This document shows, piece after piece, positions 40,685-50,777 of a DNA stretch of 64,000 nt. Source of the DNA: Planctomycetota bacterium (GTDB lineage: Bacteria > Planctomycetota > SZUA-567 > H5-PLA8); assembly GCA_038227875.1 (NCBI GenBank), contig JBBRPR010000017.1:64001-128000 (forward strand). The letters run 5' to 3'. Under the pieces are notes generated by a model. The model searched no databases. It worked only from the letters and a program-made list of their open reading frames with translations, and was not told the DNA's origin. The position numbers and the translations under genes are program-made. How positions within the stretch are numbered: position 1 is the stretch's first letter; every line of letters starts with the position of its first letter.

Positions 40685-42790
40685 GTGTATAGTTACATCG
40701 ATCCCAACACGGTTCAGAACGTATTCGGCGGACTCGGGCCGCTGATCTTCGGCTTCTTCGCGCTCATCCTCGGGTTTCTTTTTCGGCCGCTGCGCTTCGT
40801 TTATCGGAGCATCAAGGATTTTTATTTTCGGGGCTCCGGGATTAGAAAAGCAGGGGTACTGCTGGCACTGGCGCTGGCTTTGACCGCCACCGGCAGTGCG
40901 GCGGCGTTGTTATTTCTCGGAAAGGGAGAATCACCACCCATGCGAGCGGCGAAAAATCCGAATCCCGCCGCGCCGTTCGCGCGCACGATTGTGTTGGGCA
41001 TGGATGGTCTCGATCCCAACATTGTCGAAGCGATGATGTCCAAGGGCGAGCTTCCCAACTTTTCCAGGCTCGCGGCGCTGGGCGGATATTCGCGGCTGGC
41101 GACGAGCACCCCGCCGGAAAGTCCGGTCGCCTGGTCGACCATCGCGACGGGTTGCCAGCCCGGCGAGCACGGCATCTTCGATTTCCTCCACCGCGATCCG
41201 AAGACCTACCTCCCGTTCTTGTCGCTGCGCAAACCGGTGCAGGGCATCATGGGCACGCGCTACGAAAAAGCGCGCAAGCGCGACGGCTTCTGGGCGTTCA
41301 CGTCGAAGGCCGGCGTGCCGACGACGGTGATCCGCTGGCCGGTCGCTTTTCCCGCCGAGCAGGTGACGGGAAACTTCCTCTCCGGATTCGGCACGCCCGA
41401 TCTGCTCGGCAACGAAGGGAAGTACGTCTACTACTCCAGCGCGATCGCCAAGGACGATCCCAGCCCCCGCAACACCGTGGAGGTAAAGTGGGACGGCCAA
41501 TCCGCGCTGACGCAGATTCAAGGTCCCGCCAAGGGGAAGGATGTCTACGCGACGCTCGAGCTGAAAATCACGCGCGCCGGATCGGACGCGGTGAAGCTCG
41601 AAGTCGCCGGCGCGCCGTCCATCGTCGCGAAAGTGGGCGAATGGTCCGCGTGGGCGCCGCTGAAATTTAAAATCAACTTCTCGGAAATCTGTGGGCAGGT
41701 CAAATTCATGCTGACGGAAGTCGAGCCGGCGTTGAAGCTCACTGCCTCGCCGATCCAGATGGATCCCGCCAAGGAAGCGTTCTCGTTCACCTGCCCGGAT
41801 TGCTACGGCAAGGAACTGCAGGACACCATCGGCGCCTTCCATACACTCGGTATGCCCGAGCAGGTCCATCCGCTCAGTCACGAACGCTACGACTACGACG
41901 CGTTCCTCGCCGAATGCAAAGCCGTCACCGCCGAGCGGCGCAAGATGCTCGCGCTGGAACTCGGCCGCTTCAACTCCGGCGTGCTGGCGTTCGTCTTCGA
42001 TTCCAGCGACCGCATCCAGCATGCGTTCTGGAGCATGCGCGATCCGCAGCATCCGGCTTACGACGCGAAGCTCGCCGCGAAGTACGCCGACGTGATTCCG
42101 GCTGTCTATCGCGAGATGGACGAGGTTCTCGGCGATGTGCTGGCGAAAACCGATGCGCAGACGGCGCTGATCGTGCTCTCCGATCACGGCTTCAACTCCT
42201 TCCGCCGCGCCGCCCACGTCAACCGCTGGCTGATCGAAAATGGCTACATGACACTGAGCGACGGCAACGAGAAGGAAGGCCAGGAGCTCTTCCGCAATGT
42301 GGACTGGTCAAAGACGCAGGCGTACGCGCTGGGCTTCGCCAGCGTCTACATGAATGTGAAGGGCCGTGAAGGGCAGGGGAGTATCGATGCCGCCGGCGCC
42401 AAAGCGCTCGCCGCGGAGATCGCCGCAAAGCTGCGCAGCTGGAAAGACCCGGCCACAGGCGAGCCGATGGTGAAGAACGTTTACATCGCCTCCGAAATCT
42501 ATTCCGGTAAGGCCGCGCCGACGGGGCCGGACCTGGTGCTCGGCCTCAATCCCGGTTACCGCGCGTCATGGCAGACGGCGCTCGGCGCCGCGCCGCTGGC
42601 GCTGGTCGAAGACAACAAGAAGCGCTGGTCCGGTGATCACCTGATCGACCCGAGTTGCGTGCCCGGCATCCTCTTCACCAACCGCAAGCTAGAGGTGCTC
42701 AACCCGGGTCTGACCAACATCGCGCCGACCGTGCTGAAATCGCTCGGCGTGCCCGTGCCGGACGAGATGAAGGACAAGCCGCTGTTCTAG
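40685..42790 (+). CDS. Alkaline phosphatase superfamily protein (type I phosphodiesterase/nucleotide pyrophosphatase), membrane-anchored
   Basis: VLGMDG, PPESPVAWSTIATG..PGEHGIFDF, DRIQH, VLSDHGF, WSGDH; N-terminal YIDP plus TM helices; AGGAG RBS before GTG 40685. Confidence 0.9.
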   Translation: MYSYIDPNTVQNVFGGLGPLIFGFFALILGFLFRPLRFVYRSIKDFYFRGSGIRKAGVLLALALALTATGSAAALLFLGKGESPPMRAAKNPNPAAPFARTIVLGMDGLDPNIVEAMMSKGELPNFSRLAALGGYSRLATSTPPESPVAWSTIATGCQPGEHGIFDFLHRDPKTYLPFLSLRKPVQGIMGTRYEKARKRDGFWAFTSKAGVPTTVIRWPVAFPAEQVTGNFLSGFGTPDLLGNEGKYVYYSSAIAKDDPSPRNTVEVKWDGQSALTQIQGPAKGKDVYATLELKITRAGSDAVKLEVAGAPSIVAKVGEWSAWAPLKFKINFSEICGQVKFMLTEVEPALKLTASPIQMDPAKEAFSFTCPDCYGKELQDTIGAFHTLGMPEQVHPLSHERYDYDAFLAECKAVTAERRKMLALELGRFNSGVLAFVFDSSDRIQHAFWSMRDPQHPAYDAKLAAKYADVIPAVYREMDEVLGDVLAKTDAQTALIVLSDHGFNSFRRAAHVNRWLIENGYMTLSDGNEKEGQELFRNVDWSKTQAYALGFASVYMNVKGREGQGSIDAAGAKALAAEIAAKLRSWKDPATGEPMVKNVYIASEIYSGKAAPTGPDLVLGLNPGYRASWQTALGAAPLALVEDNKKRWSGDHLIDPSCVPGILFTNRKLEVLNPGLTNIAPTVLKSLGVPVPDEMKDKPLF

Positions 42791-43155
42791 TTCCAGCCGG
42801 CTGATTTGCGATGTCGCGTGGCCAGCGTGACGAGACCGCCGGCGGCGGCCAGAATCGCCACGCCCACGCCCACGTTGCTCAGTAGCGCGGTGAAAATAAA
42901 TTCGCTCGGCCCGACTCTGTTGACGGCGTAGGTGTAAAAACACCACGGCCAGCCAATCCCCATCTGCACCGGCAGACCACCGGTGTGCAAGCGCACCAGC
43001 ACCCAACTGATACAGTTGATGATCACCAGCGCGCTGGTCAGCGGCACGAGGACTAAAATGTGTGTGCTGTTAAACACGCGAGCAGTATGAAGCGAGCGCA
43101 CCGGGATTACAACGAGTCGTACCTTTAGGACTCGGGTCCTGAAGGTCTGCGGCAT
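42787..43155 (-). CDS. Hypothetical small membrane protein
   Basis: Two hydrophobic segments around GWPW; fills the gap; start uncertain. Confidence 0.4.
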   Translation of the reverse strand: MPQTFRTRVLKVRLVVIPVRSLHTARVFNSTHILVLVPLTSALVIINCISWVLVRLHTGGLPVQMGIGWPWCFYTYAVNRVGPSEFIFTALLSNVGVGVAILAAAGGLVTLATRHRKSAGWN

Positions 43156-43253
43156 AAATTTATACTAAGCTAATATATGTATTTGTAATACGTGTGGCAC
43201 ACCTTGGCACAAATTTGTACCAGGGTTCCGATTCCCTCTGGATTCATCATTCA

Positions 43254-45908
43254 TCATTTCGTTTTTATCTTCACCGCCATGTTGTTGGCGAAGTCGGGGA
43301 AATGGAGCGTGGCGGTTTCGCCGCCAGCGAGGTTGATGTTCTCGGACTTCGCGATTTTGCCGTCGTAGCAGTCCCAGTATTCTACCGTGTAATCGCCCGC
43401 GTCCAAGCCCGGGATCTGCACGTCGACTTTCGTGTACTTCGTGCGCTTGTCGGCCGGTGGCATCTGGCGCATTGCGGCGTCGTCGTAAACCCACGCGTAC
43501 GCGCCCTTCTTCCAGATAAAGGCGTGGCCAGCCAGAAGGTTGGTCGTGTTGCCGCCGGTGATCGAAACCTGCGCGGAAATGCCGTCGATGCCGCGGCGGT
43601 CTTCGCCTTTGGCATAGTTCGCGAAGGCGCGCGCGTATGAGTAGAGATTGTTGCGGTCGATGAAATCGTACCACCAGAACATCGGCGTTCCCGCGCCCTC
43701 CGTCATCCACGTGGCCCACGGGCCGCAGTGGAGATCGGCTTCCAGCGCCGTCGGCGTCGTCGCGTTCCAGTCGCCGCCGTACTCGGTGATCCAGAAGGGC
43801 TTGGGCGTGCCGGAATTCAGCAGCGTGGACTTGGCCCACGCCTCCATGCGCAACGCGGCGCCGGTGTAATTCTGGTCGGGGCGATAGGCGTCGGTGACGA
43901 CGTAATCAAAGGCCGATGACTTGGCCAGCACCACGTCGACGAATTTGTAGTCGGTGGCGTAGTGAACCGTGATCGGGTGCTTGTACGGATCGCTGGCGCG
44001 CACGTAATCGATCATTTCCTTCGCCCAGTTCTGCAGCGTCGGGGAGCGATGGAAGGTGTTGCGCGCGCCCATGTCGTTGCGATTGGTGCCGCCGACGAGG
44101 TCGAATTCGCTGACCATCTCCCAGCCCAGGATCGTCGGGTCGGAACCCCAGCGCGCGACGATGTAGCGCAGCTTGTTGCGGTGCCATTTGCGCGCGGTTT
44201 CGTTGGTGAAAAATTCCTGCGCCGAATGCACGCAGCCGCCGCCTTCGGTGTTGGCGTTGTAGGGATTCTGGTCCCACTCCCAGTCGCAGTACTCACTGAA
44301 CTTGCCGTGATTGTCGATGACCAGGTGGATGTTCAGGCCGTGTTCGTGCGCCATTTTCAGGACGGTGTCGAGCTTCCAGGCGTTCTGCAGCGAGTAACGC
44401 CCGTGGCCGAAGAAGTCGCGCCAACTCGCCGTCCATTCAATCCCCACCCACCACGACGCCATCCAGACTTCCGCGGTGTTCTCGCCGGCCTTCTGCATCT
44501 TCTCGAAGAAATCGGCATACATGTTCAAGCCGCGGCCGGCGGGCGGTTCCTGCTTGAAGATTTCCTTCCAGCAGCGGATGTCGACGGGTGAATGCAGGTT
44601 GTGGCCGATCGGGTAGAAGAACTCGCCGTTCTCAAATTCAAAGTAGCGCGGATCTTTTTTCGAGACCGCGATGAAGCCCTTTTCATCCGATGGTGTGCTG
44701 ACAAACGTCGCGGGTTTCGTGGCGACGCTGTCGCTGCCGAGCTTCGCCGTGACCACGTAAGTGTAGAGCCCCGGTTCGCGCGGCGTGATGCGCACGCGCC
44801 ATTCCGGGCGGCCCATCGCGTTCAGCTCATCGCCGGAGAAACTGTCGACGCGGTCGTAATCCTGGTACCAGAAGCCGATGTACTCCGCGACCTGCCCGCT
44901 GGGCGCGGTGACTTTGCAGGTGATGTCTGCCTTTTCGGGATCGAACGGGTTGTCGGCCTGGCGATTGAGTTCGAAGCGCACCGTCAGCGTCTCGAATTTT
45001 TTGACCGCCGGCAGCGCCGGGGATTCACCTGGCTTGACCGGCGGGGCCGCGGGTTCGGTGCGCAGGTTGATGATCTTGAGCGGATCGGGCGTGATCTTCG
45101 CCGCCAGTTCCTTCATCGCTTTTAACTTGGCGGCGCAATCGGGTGGGACGGGTTCGGATTCCAGCCGCGCAAGCAGGCTTTCAAAGCGCTGCGGCCGCAT
45201 CCAGCCGCGAATGTTGTCGACGAGCACTTCGCCGTGAAATTCACGCTCGCCGTAGAGCGTGATGCCGATGGCGCTGACGCGCGAGGCCTGGTTCTCGTCC
45301 CACTGGCCCTGGTGGCCGAGCGGAATGACGTCTGGCGAATCGCCGCGGATGTCGGCGGTAACGGTCGTCCAGCGTCCCGGCAGCAGCGCCGTGCGCGAAC
45401 GGGCCTGGTACCAGAGGCCGTCCTTGTCCTTCAAAAACAGGAGCGAGCCGACGTAGCCGTGACATTCCTTCGGGACCAGCACGTCGTAGGAGACGTAGCG
45501 GACGCCCTGCATCTTGTAAAGGTCGCCGGGAATCGTGGTTTCGCGGTAGATCGACGCAGGATCGGGAAAGTTCACAGGCACGGCCAGCGCGTGGAGTCCC
45601 TCGCTGCCTTCGTTGCCGAGTTTCAGCGTCTCCGATTTCTTGCTGGCATCGTTTTCGAGCGTCCAACCCTGGGCATCGTTTTCGAAATTGAAAATCGGAT
45701 CGCGTTGCGAAGGGAACCAGCCGGCCTTGCGGGTTTCGTCGTCGACCTGAGCCAGCGCCTTGGCGGCGAGGGTCTTGGCTTCCGGTTCGGGGATTTCCTG
45801 CTTCCACGTGTGGACCGCGTCGCGGTACAGCATGATCCCTGCCAGCACCCAGAACAGGGTCGCTGCGAAGAGAATCAAGACATTGGTACCGCGCCCCGTG
45901 CCCTGCAT
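43254..45908 (-). CDS. Membrane-anchored clan GH-A glycoside hydrolase (CBM-like, DUF5060-like and TIM-barrel domains)
   Basis: NPFDP..APSG..GFWYQDY..WRVRITP; RYIVARWG..ILGWEMVSE; DPYKHPIT; PFWITEYG nucleophile motif. Confidence 0.8.
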   Translation of the reverse strand: MQGTGRGTNVLILFAATLFWVLAGIMLYRDAVHTWKQEIPEPEAKTLAAKALAQVDDETRKAGWFPSQRDPIFNFENDAQGWTLENDASKKSETLKLGNEGSEGLHALAVPVNFPDPASIYRETTIPGDLYKMQGVRYVSYDVLVPKECHGYVGSLLFLKDKDGLWYQARSRTALLPGRWTTVTADIRGDSPDVIPLGHQGQWDENQASRVSAIGITLYGEREFHGEVLVDNIRGWMRPQRFESLLARLESEPVPPDCAAKLKAMKELAAKITPDPLKIINLRTEPAAPPVKPGESPALPAVKKFETLTVRFELNRQADNPFDPEKADITCKVTAPSGQVAEYIGFWYQDYDRVDSFSGDELNAMGRPEWRVRITPREPGLYTYVVTAKLGSDSVATKPATFVSTPSDEKGFIAVSKKDPRYFEFENGEFFYPIGHNLHSPVDIRCWKEIFKQEPPAGRGLNMYADFFEKMQKAGENTAEVWMASWWVGIEWTASWRDFFGHGRYSLQNAWKLDTVLKMAHEHGLNIHLVIDNHGKFSEYCDWEWDQNPYNANTEGGGCVHSAQEFFTNETARKWHRNKLRYIVARWGSDPTILGWEMVSEFDLVGGTNRNDMGARNTFHRSPTLQNWAKEMIDYVRASDPYKHPITVHYATDYKFVDVVLAKSSAFDYVVTDAYRPDQNYTGAALRMEAWAKSTLLNSGTPKPFWITEYGGDWNATTPTALEADLHCGPWATWMTEGAGTPMFWWYDFIDRNNLYSYARAFANYAKGEDRRGIDGISAQVSITGGNTTNLLAGHAFIWKKGAYAWVYDDAAMRQMPPADKRTKYTKVDVQIPGLDAGDYTVEYWDCYDGKIAKSENINLAGGETATLHFPDFANNMAVKIKTK

Positions 45909-46008
45909 TCAGGCCCTCAAAAAAGTGTACGTCCTATAAAGGTGGATACATCGACCCAGTGGGAAGCGTCACGGGAACGCCGAACTTTCAATCGCACTCT
46001 CAATTAAA

Positions 46009-47499
46009 TCACTTGCCGATGCAGAATGTAGCAAAAATCCGGTCGAGCATCGACTCCGTAATCGCATCGTGGCGCACCCGGACGCCTTCCGTCTGCCAGA
46101 ACGCGTGAAGCGCCTCGCGGAGTTCCACCGCAACGATGTCCTCGCCGTGTCCCGCCGCCAGGCCTGAGTGCGCGCGTTCGAGCGCCGCGGCGGCGGTGCG
46201 CACGGCAGCCATGCCCGAGGCGCCGGCCGTCAGCACCGCATCGGCGTGCCGCGAGCCGAGTTTCTCCAGCGCGGCGGAGAGGAAGTCGTTCAGCGCGGGC
46301 AAGCCGGCTCCGGTTTGGGCGGAGACTTTGAGTTGCGCGATCGATTCAAGCCTCAGCAGCTCACTGGCAAGCGCGAGAATTTCGAACCGCACGGGTGAAT
46401 CGTTTTCCGGCAGATCGGCCTTGGTCCAGATGAGTGCGGCGTGAGCGGGATGCGATCCGGAAAGTGCCGCGCGGACGGTCGCCAGTGTCTGTTCGTCCGG
46501 CGGCCGGGACCCGTCGAGCACCACCAGCACGACATGGGCACGCGCGAGCGCCTGGCGGCTGGCCTCGCAGCCTGCGCGCTGCAGATCGCTGCTGCTTTCC
46601 GAAAGGAGTTGATCGAAGCCGGCGGTGTCGCTGAGCACGCACGAACCGCTGGGCAGGGCTAGCCTCGCTTCCACGGCATCGCGCGTGGTATGCGCGGCGG
46701 CGTTGACGATGGCGGCATCGCGGTGGAGCAGAGTGTTGAAGAGGCTGCTCTTGCCCGCGTTGACGGGTCCGGCGAGGACCACGCGCGGCAGCGCGGTGTT
46801 GAGCTCGGCGGAATTGAGCGACGGGTTCCCGGCGGTGTTCTCATCTTTCGAAGATGTGGCGAGAGCGATGGCGCGGTCGCGCAGGCGTGCGAGGCGCTGG
46901 AGCATTTCCTCCGGCGAGAGCACGCCGACGTCTTCCTGCGAGAAATCGAGACCGAGTTCGACCAGCGAGAGCAGGTCTTCGATGTCCGTGCGCAGTCGCG
47001 TGAGCTGCGTCTGCGGCGTCGCCTGCACTTTCGCGGCGTAGGCGAGGGCCTCGTCGGCGGTCTGCGCCTGGATCAGCGCGCCGATGGCCTGAGCCTGATC
47101 AAGCGTGATGCGCCCGTTCTCGAACGCGCGGCGCGTGAACTCACCGGGCTGGGCGAGCCGCGCTCCGGCGGCGAGCAGTTTTTCAAGCACCGCGCTGACC
47201 AGCCAGGGGAGGGCGGGGAGGTGGAGTTCGATTACGTTCTCGCGCGTATAACTGTGTGGCGAGGGCATCATGTACGCATGCGCTGGAAGTGTGTGGGTCA
47301 GCCACGACACGCGTCCGGGGACGCGGCGCCAGCGCGTGCCGGATTGGAGTTTCGTCGCGTCGGCATCGATCTGAAAAACAGTGGCGGCGTACGTAAATGC
47401 CTGAGGGCCGGAAAGTCGGACGATCGCGCGGCTCAGATCGCCGGCCCGTGCGTCGCTGGAAATGAGGGGTTGAGCGCTGGAGCAGGCGACGATGGTCAT
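46009..47499 (-). CDS. mnmE: tRNA modification GTPase MnmE
   Basis: IVRLSG, PHSYTRE, AQPGEFTRRAFENG, GPVNAGKSS, TTRD, DTAG, C-terminal FCIGK; start refined to ATG 47499. Confidence 0.93.
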   Translation of the reverse strand: MTIVACSSAQPLISSDARAGDLSRAIVRLSGPQAFTYAATVFQIDADATKLQSGTRWRRVPGRVSWLTHTLPAHAYMMPSPHSYTRENVIELHLPALPWLVSAVLEKLLAAGARLAQPGEFTRRAFENGRITLDQAQAIGALIQAQTADEALAYAAKVQATPQTQLTRLRTDIEDLLSLVELGLDFSQEDVGVLSPEEMLQRLARLRDRAIALATSSKDENTAGNPSLNSAELNTALPRVVLAGPVNAGKSSLFNTLLHRDAAIVNAAAHTTRDAVEARLALPSGSCVLSDTAGFDQLLSESSSDLQRAGCEASRQALARAHVVLVVLDGSRPPDEQTLATVRAALSGSHPAHAALIWTKADLPENDSPVRFEILALASELLRLESIAQLKVSAQTGAGLPALNDFLSAALEKLGSRHADAVLTAGASGMAAVRTAAAALERAHSGLAAGHGEDIVAVELREALHAFWQTEGVRVRHDAITESMLDRIFATFCIGK

Positions 47500-47509
47500 G
47501 GGGGAAATT

Positions 47510-47559
47510 TCGAATGTCGAGTGACGAATGTCGAGTGACGAATGCTGGAATGTCGAGTG
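47510..47559. repeat. Heptamer tandem repeat (WCGARTG)n
   Basis: tcgaatg tcgagtg acgaatg tcgagtg acgaatg ctggaatg tcgagtg. Confidence 0.8.
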
Positions 47560-47565
47560 AATAAA

Positions 47566-47708
47566 TTGGTGCCACGGATGCGCGAATTCCTGAGCGTAGC
47601 GAAGGAAGTCGTTCATCCGTGCGTTGCGCGTTCCAATTGCAGCGCGCCTCGCACGGACGAACGGATGTTTGAGCTGACGCTCAAACATCCGCGCATCCGT
47701 GGCACCAA
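47566..47708. mobile_element. REPIN/MITE-like palindromic element, copy 2
   Basis: Same 19-bp terminal inverted repeat and inner arms as 40451-40609. Confidence 0.75.
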
Positions 47709-47714
47709 GGTCAG

Positions 47715-50354
47715 TTATTCACGTTCCCATGGGCGGGTCGAACGTTCGCCCGACGGGGCGCTGGAGCTGCGTTCTCGGCTGGGGGCGCGGTCGCTGCTCG
47801 GGCGCGACGGACGGTCGCCGCGAGGAGCTCGCTTTTCCCACGGCTTGCTGCCGCCACCACTGCCGCCGCTGGGTGCGCCGCGGTAACCACCCCGATCACC
47901 TCCACGATCCGCACGCGGGCCGCTGCTGGTGCGGTCGCGCCGGTCTTCCCACGGACGCGAATTGCCGCGTTCGCCACCACGGCTTTCGCGCGGACGGTCG
48001 TCCCCGCTGCCTTCGCGTTTCTGGTACGGCTTGCGGTCTCCACCCCCCGCGTAACCGCCGCTGCCTTCACGTTTCTGCCACGGCTTGCGATCTCCGCCGC
48101 CGGCATAGCTGCTGCTGCCGCCTTCGCGCTTCTGCCACGGCTTGCGATCTCCGCCGCCGGCGTAGCTGCTGCCGCCGCCTTCACGCTTCTGGTACGGCTT
48201 GCGATCTCCGCCGCCGGCGTAGCTGCTGCTGCCGCCTTCGCGTTTCTGGTACGGCTTGCGATCTCCGCCGCCAGCGTAGCTGCTGCTGCCGCCTTCACGC
48301 TTTTGCCACGGCTTGCGATCTCCGCCGCCCGCGTAGCTGCTGCTGCCGCCTTCACGCTTCTGCCACGGCTTGCGATCTCCGCCGCCGGAGTAGCTGCTGC
48401 CGCCTTCACGCTTCTGATACGGCTTGCGATCTCCGCCTCCGGCGTAGCTGCTGCCGCCGCCTTCGCGCTTCTGCCACGGCTTGCGATCTCCGCCGCCCGC
48501 GTAGCTGCTGCTGCCGTCTTCGCGCTTCTGCCACGGCTTGCGATCTCCGCCGCCGGAGTAGCTGCTGCCGCCTTCACGCTTCTGATACGGCTTGCGATCT
48601 CCGCCACCGGCGTAGCTGCTGCCGCCGCCCTCACGCTTCTGCCACGGCTTGCGGTCTCCACCACCGGATCCTGAGTACGGCCGGCTGCCGCCTTCGCGTT
48701 TCTGATACGGCTTGCGATCGCCGCCGCTGCTGCGTCCACCGCGGTCGTCGCGCTTCTGCCAGGGCTTGCTTTCCCGGCTGGCTGAGCGGGAGCGTTCGGT
48801 GCCGGTCTCGTCCAACGGTTGCGCGGCGTTCGGGCCGCGGTCGCGGACGTGGTGATCGGTCACGCGGCGCGGACGCACGGCCGCGGGCTTCTTCTTCTCT
48901 TCACCTTCCTTGGCTTCTTCAACATCTTCCTCTTCGCCGTCGCCTTCTTCGTCCTCGTCGCTCAACGACGTCTCTTCAGCGGATTCTTCTTCGCCTTCCT
49001 CTTCTTCCTCTTCTTCCTCATCGTCGTCGAGGTCTTCGTCGTCCTCGTCTTCCTCATCTTCGTCGTCGTCGGCATCCAACTCGGCGTCGAGGGCTTCGAG
49101 TTCCTTCTCGTCGATCTCTTCTTCGGCGTCGGCGCCACGGTCGCGGGTTTCAGCGGCTTTCACGGCCGGCGCGAGCACGATGGCTTCTTCATCGAGTTCC
49201 TCGACGTCTTCCGACATGTCCAGCTTGGCTGATTCGGCCAGTTCGTCGATTTCCTTGGCGTGTTCGGCCGGCATGGTCTGCGTCTGGGCGGCGGCGACGT
49301 GCGAGACATCCTTTTCGTCGTCGTCATCATCGTCGTCGGAGTGCTTCGGACCGGCGAACTTCACGGCCGCGGTATCCCAATCGTCTTCGACGATCGAGCG
49401 CGGGCTCTTTTCCTTCTCTTCGCGTTCCTTGCGGTCCTTGCGCTTTTCCTTCTTCGCCGGTCGTTCGGAGGTGCCCGACTGCCCGGTGCTCACGGGACGT
49501 GCCGGCTTGGGCGCGGGCTTCTGCCAGCGGTCTTCGCCTTCTTCCTGAGCGTCTTCGTATTCGGCGACTTCCTGCGGGCGGCCTTCGGAGGCGCGGCGCG
49601 CGACTTCGATCGCCGATTTCAGGCGGCGGATTTCATCGGGCGTCAGGCGGCGGGAAGCGCCGAGCGGCAGTTCTTCCAGGCGGATCGGTCCGATGGCGAC
49701 GCGGCGCAACAGGCGGCAGCGCAGATCGACGCGGGCGAGCATGCGGCGGATCTGGCGGTTCATGCCTTCGGAGATCGTCATTTCAACGCTGCTGTGGTGA
49801 TCGCCGGCGCGGCGGACGCGCACGCGGGCGCCCTGCGTGCGGCCTTCGGACAGGAACACGCCGGATTCAAGTTTCTGAACCTGGCCCTGCGCGACATGGC
49901 CATCGCACTTGGCGATGTAGGTCTTCTCCACGCCGTAGCGCGGATGGGTGAGCTGGTTGGTCAATTCGCCATCGTTGGTGAGAAGGATCAGGCCTTCAGT
50001 GTCGATGTCGAGGCGGCCGACGCAATAGATGCGGCGCTTTTCGGGCACGAGCTGGATGGCGAGCGGGCGGCCGGACGGGTCTTCGTTGGTGCAGAGGACG
50101 CCGCGGGGCTTGTTGAGAATGTAGTAGACCTTCTCTTCCGCATCGCGAACGGACTTCGAGAGCTTGCCGGGTCCGCACACGCGCTGGCCGTCGAATTCGA
50201 CGCTCTGCGTTTCCGGATCGGCCTTGGAGCCCAACTGGCGGACGACGGCGCCGTCGACGGTGACGCGGCCATCGGTAATGAATTCCTCACAGGACCGGCG
50301 GGAACCAAAGCCTGCCTGGGCCAGGAGTTTTTGTAAACGTACGGGTTCGGACAT
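47715..50354 (-). CDS. rluB: rRNA pseudouridine synthase (RluB/RsuA family) with a very long disordered C-terminal tail
   Basis: S4 domain RLQKLLAQAGFGSRR; LNKPRG; VGRLDIDTEGLILLTNDG; EGMNRQIRRM; start refined to ATG 50354; exact subfamily uncertain. Confidence 0.85.
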   Translation of the reverse strand: MSEPVRLQKLLAQAGFGSRRSCEEFITDGRVTVDGAVVRQLGSKADPETQSVEFDGQRVCGPGKLSKSVRDAEEKVYYILNKPRGVLCTNEDPSGRPLAIQLVPEKRRIYCVGRLDIDTEGLILLTNDGELTNQLTHPRYGVEKTYIAKCDGHVAQGQVQKLESGVFLSEGRTQGARVRVRRAGDHHSSVEMTISEGMNRQIRRMLARVDLRCRLLRRVAIGPIRLEELPLGASRRLTPDEIRRLKSAIEVARRASEGRPQEVAEYEDAQEEGEDRWQKPAPKPARPVSTGQSGTSERPAKKEKRKDRKEREEKEKSPRSIVEDDWDTAAVKFAGPKHSDDDDDDDEKDVSHVAAAQTQTMPAEHAKEIDELAESAKLDMSEDVEELDEEAIVLAPAVKAAETRDRGADAEEEIDEKELEALDAELDADDDEDEEDEDDEDLDDDEEEEEEEEGEEESAEETSLSDEDEEGDGEEEDVEEAKEGEEKKKPAAVRPRRVTDHHVRDRGPNAAQPLDETGTERSRSASRESKPWQKRDDRGGRSSGGDRKPYQKREGGSRPYSGSGGGDRKPWQKREGGGSSYAGGGDRKPYQKREGGSSYSGGGDRKPWQKREDGSSSYAGGGDRKPWQKREGGGSSYAGGGDRKPYQKREGGSSYSGGGDRKPWQKREGGSSSYAGGGDRKPWQKREGGSSSYAGGGDRKPYQKREGGSSSYAGGGDRKPYQKREGGGSSYAGGGDRKPWQKREGGSSSYAGGGDRKPWQKREGSGGYAGGGDRKPYQKREGSGDDRPRESRGGERGNSRPWEDRRDRTSSGPRADRGGDRGGYRGAPSGGSGGGSKPWEKRAPRGDRPSRPSSDRAPSRERSSSAPSGERSTRPWERE
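48004..48726 (-). repeat. Coding tandem repeat, 13 units, mostly 54-57 bp
   Basis: GGGDRKP(W/Y)QKREGGSSSYA units. Confidence 0.92.
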
Positions 50355-50777
50355 GTTGACGTGCCTTTCTGAAGAATTTCCAGTTTCGGAAGCAAGCCGT
50401 AGAAAAGGGTCGCGGTCAGCGCGCAACAACACTTCACCGTGTGAAGGTTTGAGCGGGATCTCTGCGCTGGCGGTTTTTGTACGAACTCCTCGTAACGACA
50501 CCCCATGCCTCACGGCATTGTTCAGGTTCGTTCGAAATCAGGAAATCATGAATGTAACCACTGAGTACTTCTGTCAGGCGCGGGCGTCCTCGCGACGACC
50601 GCTGAAAACCGGACTGAAAGATGATCTCATAAAAGGGAGGATTGTAAAGAGAAATGTTCTGAGAAATTCAGGGCGCAAACTTCGCGCGCATCCTCAGTAC
50701 GTATATTACACTTGAATACAATCTCTCTCTAAGTGATGCTTTTTCGACGCTCGCAGCAACGAATTTTGAAGATCAAC

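Noticed and set aside
43194..43220. Tandem TGGCAC, possible sigma54 promoter
   Set aside because: GG-to-GC spacing is 9 rather than 10, and no plausible plus-strand gene follows
47500..47688. N-terminal extension of MnmE in the ORF track
   Set aside because: It runs through the REPIN and heptamer repeats; MnmE similarity starts at ATG 47499
48004..48726. Possible CRISPR array
   Set aside because: Units are contiguous, in-frame coding repeats with no unique spacers, and there are no cas genes
47699..49951. 750-aa Cys/Arg-rich ORF resembling a metallothionein or keratin-associated protein (also 47711-48739)
   Set aside because: Alternative-frame readings of the rluB tail repeat; the rluB frame is continuous with a conserved catalytic domain
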